Virus genome (UHGV): UHGV-0389389
Direction: 5' to 3' (one strand)
DNA: 62,942 nucleotides
Origin: a virus
A program made the position numbers and the translations under genes. This document shows positions 58,665 to 62,942 of this stretch, in pieces; position 1 is the first letter of the stretch, and every line of letters begins with the position of its first letter. The notes beneath the pieces are model-generated. The model had not been told where the DNA came from, did no database searches, and saw nothing but the letters and a program-made list of their open reading frames with translations.

Positions 58665-61600
58665 ATGAAAATATTACACACAGCAGACTGGCATATAGGA
58701 CAGTTTAAAGGACCTGTTGAGGATGGAGTAAATCTCCGTTCTCTTGATACCATTAAATGCCTTGAGTATATGGTTAAAGTTGCGGAAGAAGAGAAGCCGG
58801 ATATGGTGTGCATTAGCGGGGATATCTTCCACCAAGAGCAGATAGGACCGGTTAGGTACTCTGATGAAATGGTTACGGCCACGAGGATTATCGAGGGATT
58901 GGCAGAGCGCTCCAAGTTTGTAGTTGTGATGCGTGGAACACCGAATCACGATGGAGCCGGACAGTTTCGGGTTCTGGAAAAGATGCTGTCGAAGAATAAA
59001 AAAATTGCAGTTGTCACTACACCGCAGGTTATCTCTACTCCAATAGCGGATGTTGCCTGTATTCCCGGGTTTGACAAACAGGAATTTCGAGCGAAATTCC
59101 CTGGCTTGTCTGCAGAGGAAGAAAATCTGACATGGACCAAGTATATATCAGATATGGTTATGGGGTTAAGGGCGCAATGCTCAAATACAAATATCATACC
59201 AGATATGACTCCTGCAATTTTGATGGCACATTATACAGTGCCAGGATGCAACATGGAATCTGGACAAACCTCATTCTTTTCAAATTTTGAACCTGTTATT
59301 CCAAGAGAAGCCATACAAGCGGCGGATTATTCGGCAGTTCTTTTAGGACACATCCACCGTCCGCAGACCATAGAGGGACTGGAAAACGTATTTTATTCTG
59401 GCGCAATAAATGCAATGAATTTTAATGATGAGGGACAAAGCAGAGGGTTCTGGATACATGAATTTGACGGGAGAAGACTTAAATCCGGAAAGCGATATGA
59501 GACTCCGTACAGGAAGTTTCAGACGGTAACATGGGCACAAGAGGATGTTGAGAATTATCTCTGCCGGGGAAAGGAGTTTCTCTTTACAGAGGGATATCCG
59601 TTCCTTGTATCAGATAAAATTGTCAGAATCAAATATAGCTGTACTGTTGAACAGAAAAAGGCACTTAATATACCGGTTTTGCAGTCTGATTTATATGAGA
59701 TGGGTGCATTCTATGTAGCTGACATTGAAGCGGAAAGTATGGTTGATGTAGCAAACAGAGGTCTCTTGTCAGAGGAAAGCGATCCGTTGCTCAACTTGAA
59801 AAAATGGCTCTCTGAGAAATGTGTAAAAGATGCGGACAAGATCGTTGAACTGGGCGAACCAATTATTTCAGTTGCTATGAAGTCGGAAACGACATCAGAG
59901 AACCATGGAGTTTTCCGTCCGGTATCAATCTCGGTTAAGAACTATCGAAATTATAAAGAAGAAGGTTTTGATTTTTCTGATGTTTCATTTTGCTCTATCA
60001 ATGGTGTAAATGGAGCGGGAAAGAGCAGTCTTTTCATGGATGCTATTGCTGATTGCCTATACGAAGAAACAAGAGAAGGGGATAACAAAGCATGGATCCG
60101 AGGGACGGAAGATGCAAGAAGTGGCTCGATAGAATTTGTGTTTGATATTGGGGATAAGCGTTTCCGGGTTGTGCGGACAAGAACGAAGTCAGGCAGGGCA
60201 ACCTTGAACATTTCGCAAAAGGATGGAGAAGAATGGCTGAACCTGTCTGCAGAGAGAATAAAAGATACACAGGCTGAAATAGAGAAAATCCTTGGTATGG
60301 ATTCAATGACATTCCGCAGCTGCGCTTTAATCATGCAGGACCAGTATGGGTTATTCTTGCAGGCTAAGAAAGAAGATCGCATGACTATCCTTGGAAATTT
60401 ATTGGGGCTTTCGGTTTATGGTCTGATGGAACAGGAAGCAAAGAAGCTTCTGGCAGATACAAAGCGGAATCTTCTTTCTAAGAAGGAAGCTGTAAAAGTA
60501 AAATCCGAGTTCGTTGCAGAAAAAGGAAATCCGGACGGAGAACTTGAGAATTTGGAAAAAGAGGCTTCTGAATTTGACCAGATACGTAAGATGACAGAAC
60601 AGGACATTGAGGTATGCAAAAAGCAGATTGCAGACCGTAAAGAGGCACAGGATAAAAGTACTGAACTTTTGCAATCTACTGATACAGAAAAAAAAGCGCT
60701 TCTCTCAATACAATCCGAAAAAGAAGCAGCAGAGAAAGAAATGGAAACGTGCGATGTTTTTCTGAAAAATTCTGAAATCATCATGGCGAAAGCGGCGGAA
60801 TATGAAGCTGCGGAAGAAACCGTAAAAAAACTGGCTCCCGATGTAATGGAATACGAGTCGTGCAAGCGATCTTTGGAAGAAAAACAAAACCAGATCCTGC
60901 GTTATGAAAATATTATTAACACAACTCAAATTCAGAACCGATCAATAGAGGAACAACTTTCTAAGATTGAGACTGCAGAGGAAGAACTTATTTCGCAGAA
61001 GCTTTCTGAGCTTGAAGACAAACGAAAGGAACTTGCAGAAATACGGGAGAAAAAGGACCGGTGTTCAGCCGTATGTGCAGAGGTAAATAAGAAGCATGGA
61101 GAAGTAACCGAAACTGTACATGGTCTTTCTACACAATTGCGGCTCGCAGAGTCGGATCTTGATTCGTACAAGAAACAGCAGGAGTTTATGGATAATTCCG
61201 GATGCCCTGATATTGAAAATGCAACATGCAGATTTCTTGAAAAAGCCAGGGAAGATGTTGCGAAAATCAAAAAGACGGAAGAAGAGATAGCGGAAATAAA
61301 AGAAAGTATCCGAATTGCCAAAGAAGATTACGCAACGTATGCAGCTGAAAAGAAAAAGGAGATTGCAGAAATCGGGTATTCAGAGGAACAGGAGAAGAAC
61401 GTTCTTAGTGAAATCACTAATCTGGAGACTTACCAAAAGCGGAAAGATGAGATAGACAGACTGAAAGCTTTAAAAGCCCGTTTAGAAGGGGAGAAAGCCT
61501 CTAATGATAAAACAATAGTTTCATGTACTGAAAATGTCTCTACGGTCAAATTAGAAAGCCATAAGATAACGGAAAACGTTTTAAAGCTAACTGAAACAGT

Positions 61601-62507
61601 TGAAAGATATCAAGAAGCAAAACGAATATCGGAAGAACTGCGGATATATGCAGATCAGAAAACCAATATTCCGGTTTACGCAGAGAGAAAGAAGCATATA
61701 GCCGAAAAGCTGAAAGATCTTGAAGAACGGGAACGGCTTAAAAATGAAGAGTGGTCTAAGTTGTGTGCCGAATATATCCGTTTGAACGAAGAACTTGCTG
61801 GATTGCCGGAAGGAAAAGAAGAAAAACTTTCCGAGCTGGAAAGAAAGAAGATGGAATTGGAGGAAAAAGCAGCTTCCATGCAAGTCAGAAAAGGGGTGCT
61901 GCTTCAGCGGATAGAGGATACAAAAAAAGCAAATGAAGAAATCAACCAGCTTAAAGCAGAGATTTCCCGGGATGCAGAGAAAGCGGCTCGGTATGAGGTG
62001 CTGAAACAGGCATTCTCCCAGGACGGAGTGCCGCATCAGATTGTCAGAAATATTATTCCTCATATCACTGATACGGCGAATAACATCCTTGGTCAGATGA
62101 CCGGCGGAACCATGGGAGTTGAATTTGTAATGGAACGCACCGTAAAAGGAAAGGATGGAGATAAAGCTACTCTGGATGTACTTATCAACGAATACGGAAA
62201 AACGACACTGCCGTATGCTTCAAAGTCTGGAGGCGAAAAAGTAAAGTCTTCCCTTGCTGTTATTCTTGCTCTTTCGGAAATTAAGGCGACTGCAGCCGGT
62301 ATCCAGCTTGGGATGTTGTTCATTGACGAGCCCCCGTTCTTGGATGATGATGGAGCACAGGCCTATGTGGATTCTCTTGAAACAATCCGTAGCAGGTATC
62401 CGGATGTAAAAGTGATGGCAATCACACATGATGATGCGATGAAAGCAAGGTTTAGTCAGAGTATCACAGTTATTAAGACTGACGAAGGATCAAAAGTAAT
62501 CTGCTAG
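58665..62507 (+). CDS. Fused SbcD(Mre11)-SbcC(Rad50) nuclease/ATPase
   Basis: N-terminal phosphoesterase motifs LHTADWHIG, GDIFH and LLGHIHRPQ; then Walker A GVNGAGKSS, a long coiled coil, the ABC signature SGGEKVKSS and D-loop LFIDEPP, all in one 1280-aa ORF. Confidence 0.7.
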   Translation: MKILHTADWHIGQFKGPVEDGVNLRSLDTIKCLEYMVKVAEEEKPDMVCISGDIFHQEQIGPVRYSDEMVTATRIIEGLAERSKFVVVMRGTPNHDGAGQFRVLEKMLSKNKKIAVVTTPQVISTPIADVACIPGFDKQEFRAKFPGLSAEEENLTWTKYISDMVMGLRAQCSNTNIIPDMTPAILMAHYTVPGCNMESGQTSFFSNFEPVIPREAIQAADYSAVLLGHIHRPQTIEGLENVFYSGAINAMNFNDEGQSRGFWIHEFDGRRLKSGKRYETPYRKFQTVTWAQEDVENYLCRGKEFLFTEGYPFLVSDKIVRIKYSCTVEQKKALNIPVLQSDLYEMGAFYVADIEAESMVDVANRGLLSEESDPLLNLKKWLSEKCVKDADKIVELGEPIISVAMKSETTSENHGVFRPVSISVKNYRNYKEEGFDFSDVSFCSINGVNGAGKSSLFMDAIADCLYEETREGDNKAWIRGTEDARSGSIEFVFDIGDKRFRVVRTRTKSGRATLNISQKDGEEWLNLSAERIKDTQAEIEKILGMDSMTFRSCALIMQDQYGLFLQAKKEDRMTILGNLLGLSVYGLMEQEAKKLLADTKRNLLSKKEAVKVKSEFVAEKGNPDGELENLEKEASEFDQIRKMTEQDIEVCKKQIADRKEAQDKSTELLQSTDTEKKALLSIQSEKEAAEKEMETCDVFLKNSEIIMAKAAEYEAAEETVKKLAPDVMEYESCKRSLEEKQNQILRYENIINTTQIQNRSIEEQLSKIETAEEELISQKLSELEDKRKELAEIREKKDRCSAVCAEVNKKHGEVTETVHGLSTQLRLAESDLDSYKKQQEFMDNSGCPDIENATCRFLEKAREDVAKIKKTEEEIAEIKESIRIAKEDYATYAAEKKKEIAEIGYSEEQEKNVLSEITNLETYQKRKDEIDRLKALKARLEGEKASNDKTIVSCTENVSTVKLESHKITENVLKLTETVERYQEAKRISEELRIYADQKTNIPVYAERKKHIAEKLKDLEERERLKNEEWSKLCAEYIRLNEELAGLPEGKEEKLSELERKKMELEEKAASMQVRKGVLLQRIEDTKKANEEINQLKAEISRDAEKAARYEVLKQAFSQDGVPHQIVRNIIPHITDTANNILGQMTGGTMGVEFVMERTVKGKDGDKATLDVLINEYGKTTLPYASKSGGEKVKSSLAVILALSEIKATAAGIQLGMLFIDEPPFLDDDGAQAYVDSLETIRSRYPDVKVMAITHDDAMKARFSQSITVIKTDEGSKVIC

Positions 62508-62518
62508 GAGGAAACATA

Positions 62519-62942
62519 ATGGGAAAACGATACTATTGGTTAAAGCTGCCGGAGGGATTCTTCCGGCAGAAGCCGATAAAGAAATTACGGAAGATTGCTG
62601 GCGGGGATACCTACACAATCATTTATCTGAAAATGCTGCTTATTGCGATGAAAAATGATGGCAAGCTTTACTTCGAAGGCGTAGAAGATGATTTTTATGA
62701 GGAATTGGCACTGGATCTTGATGAAGATTCGGAAAACGTAAAAGTAACGGTCTTATTCCTGATTCGACAAGGGTTAATGGAGTTGGTTGATGAAACAGAG
62801 TACCGCCTAACGGAATGCGATAAAATGGTTGGTTCAGAAAGTGCAAGTGCTGAACGAGTAAGAAAACATAGAGAACAGAAAGCGTTACAATGTAACAGCA
62901 ATGTAACAGGAGTGAAACGCATCGGTAACGTAGAGAAAGAGA
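62519..62942 (+). CDS. Phage replisome organizer, N-terminal domain; 3' partial, running off the window end
   Basis: MGKRYYWLKLPEGFF...YTIIYLKMLLIAMKNDGKLYF...NVKVTVLFLIRQGL resembles the conserved N-terminal region of phage replisome organizers; no stop before the window ends. Confidence 0.55.
   Translation, partial: MGKRYYWLKLPEGFFRQKPIKKLRKIAGGDTYTIIYLKMLLIAMKNDGKLYFEGVEDDFYEELALDLDEDSENVKVTVLFLIRQGLMELVDETEYRLTECDKMVGSESASAERVRKHREQKALQCNSNVTGVKRIGNVEKE

Larger units (their letters stand above)
1..62942 (+). mobile_element. Temperate phage or prophage genome; PBSX-like myovirus structural module; apparently circularly permuted
   Basis: Full early/late/structural/lysis/lysogeny gene set on one strand with an integrase and repressor; the window end and start share the 12-mer tagagaaagaga, and a single replisome-organizer gene spans the junction in frame. 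Confidence 0.7.

Overview
This window looks like a complete, circularly permuted genome of a temperate tailed phage, or a prophage cut open inside its replication-initiator gene. The host is probably a low-GC Gram-positive bacterium: GC is about 45%, ribosome-binding sites are GGAGG-type, and the endolysin carries LysM and SH3b wall-binding domains. Gene order, left to right: a replication and recombination module, many small early hypothetical genes, a late regulator, a putative DNA-modification operon, packaging and head genes, a PBSX-like contractile tail, a diversity-generating retroelement (DGR) aimed at a tail-fibre gene, a lysis cassette, a minus-strand amidoligase/GGCT moron, the lysogeny module, and an early region ending in a fused SbcD-SbcC nuclease. 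The last ORF runs off the window end as the N-terminal domain of a phage replisome organizer, and the first ORF enters the window as the matching C-terminal domain. With a 12-nt terminal overlap (tagagaaagaga) the two halves are in frame, so the window probably wraps on itself. No rRNA, tRNA or CRISPR array was seen. The most unusual content is the translationally coupled operon of a transporter plus two PAPS-reductase/ParB pairs, the DGR, the amidoligase/GGCT pair, and the fused SbcCD protein. All functional calls come from reading motifs in the supplied translations by eye; no database search was run.
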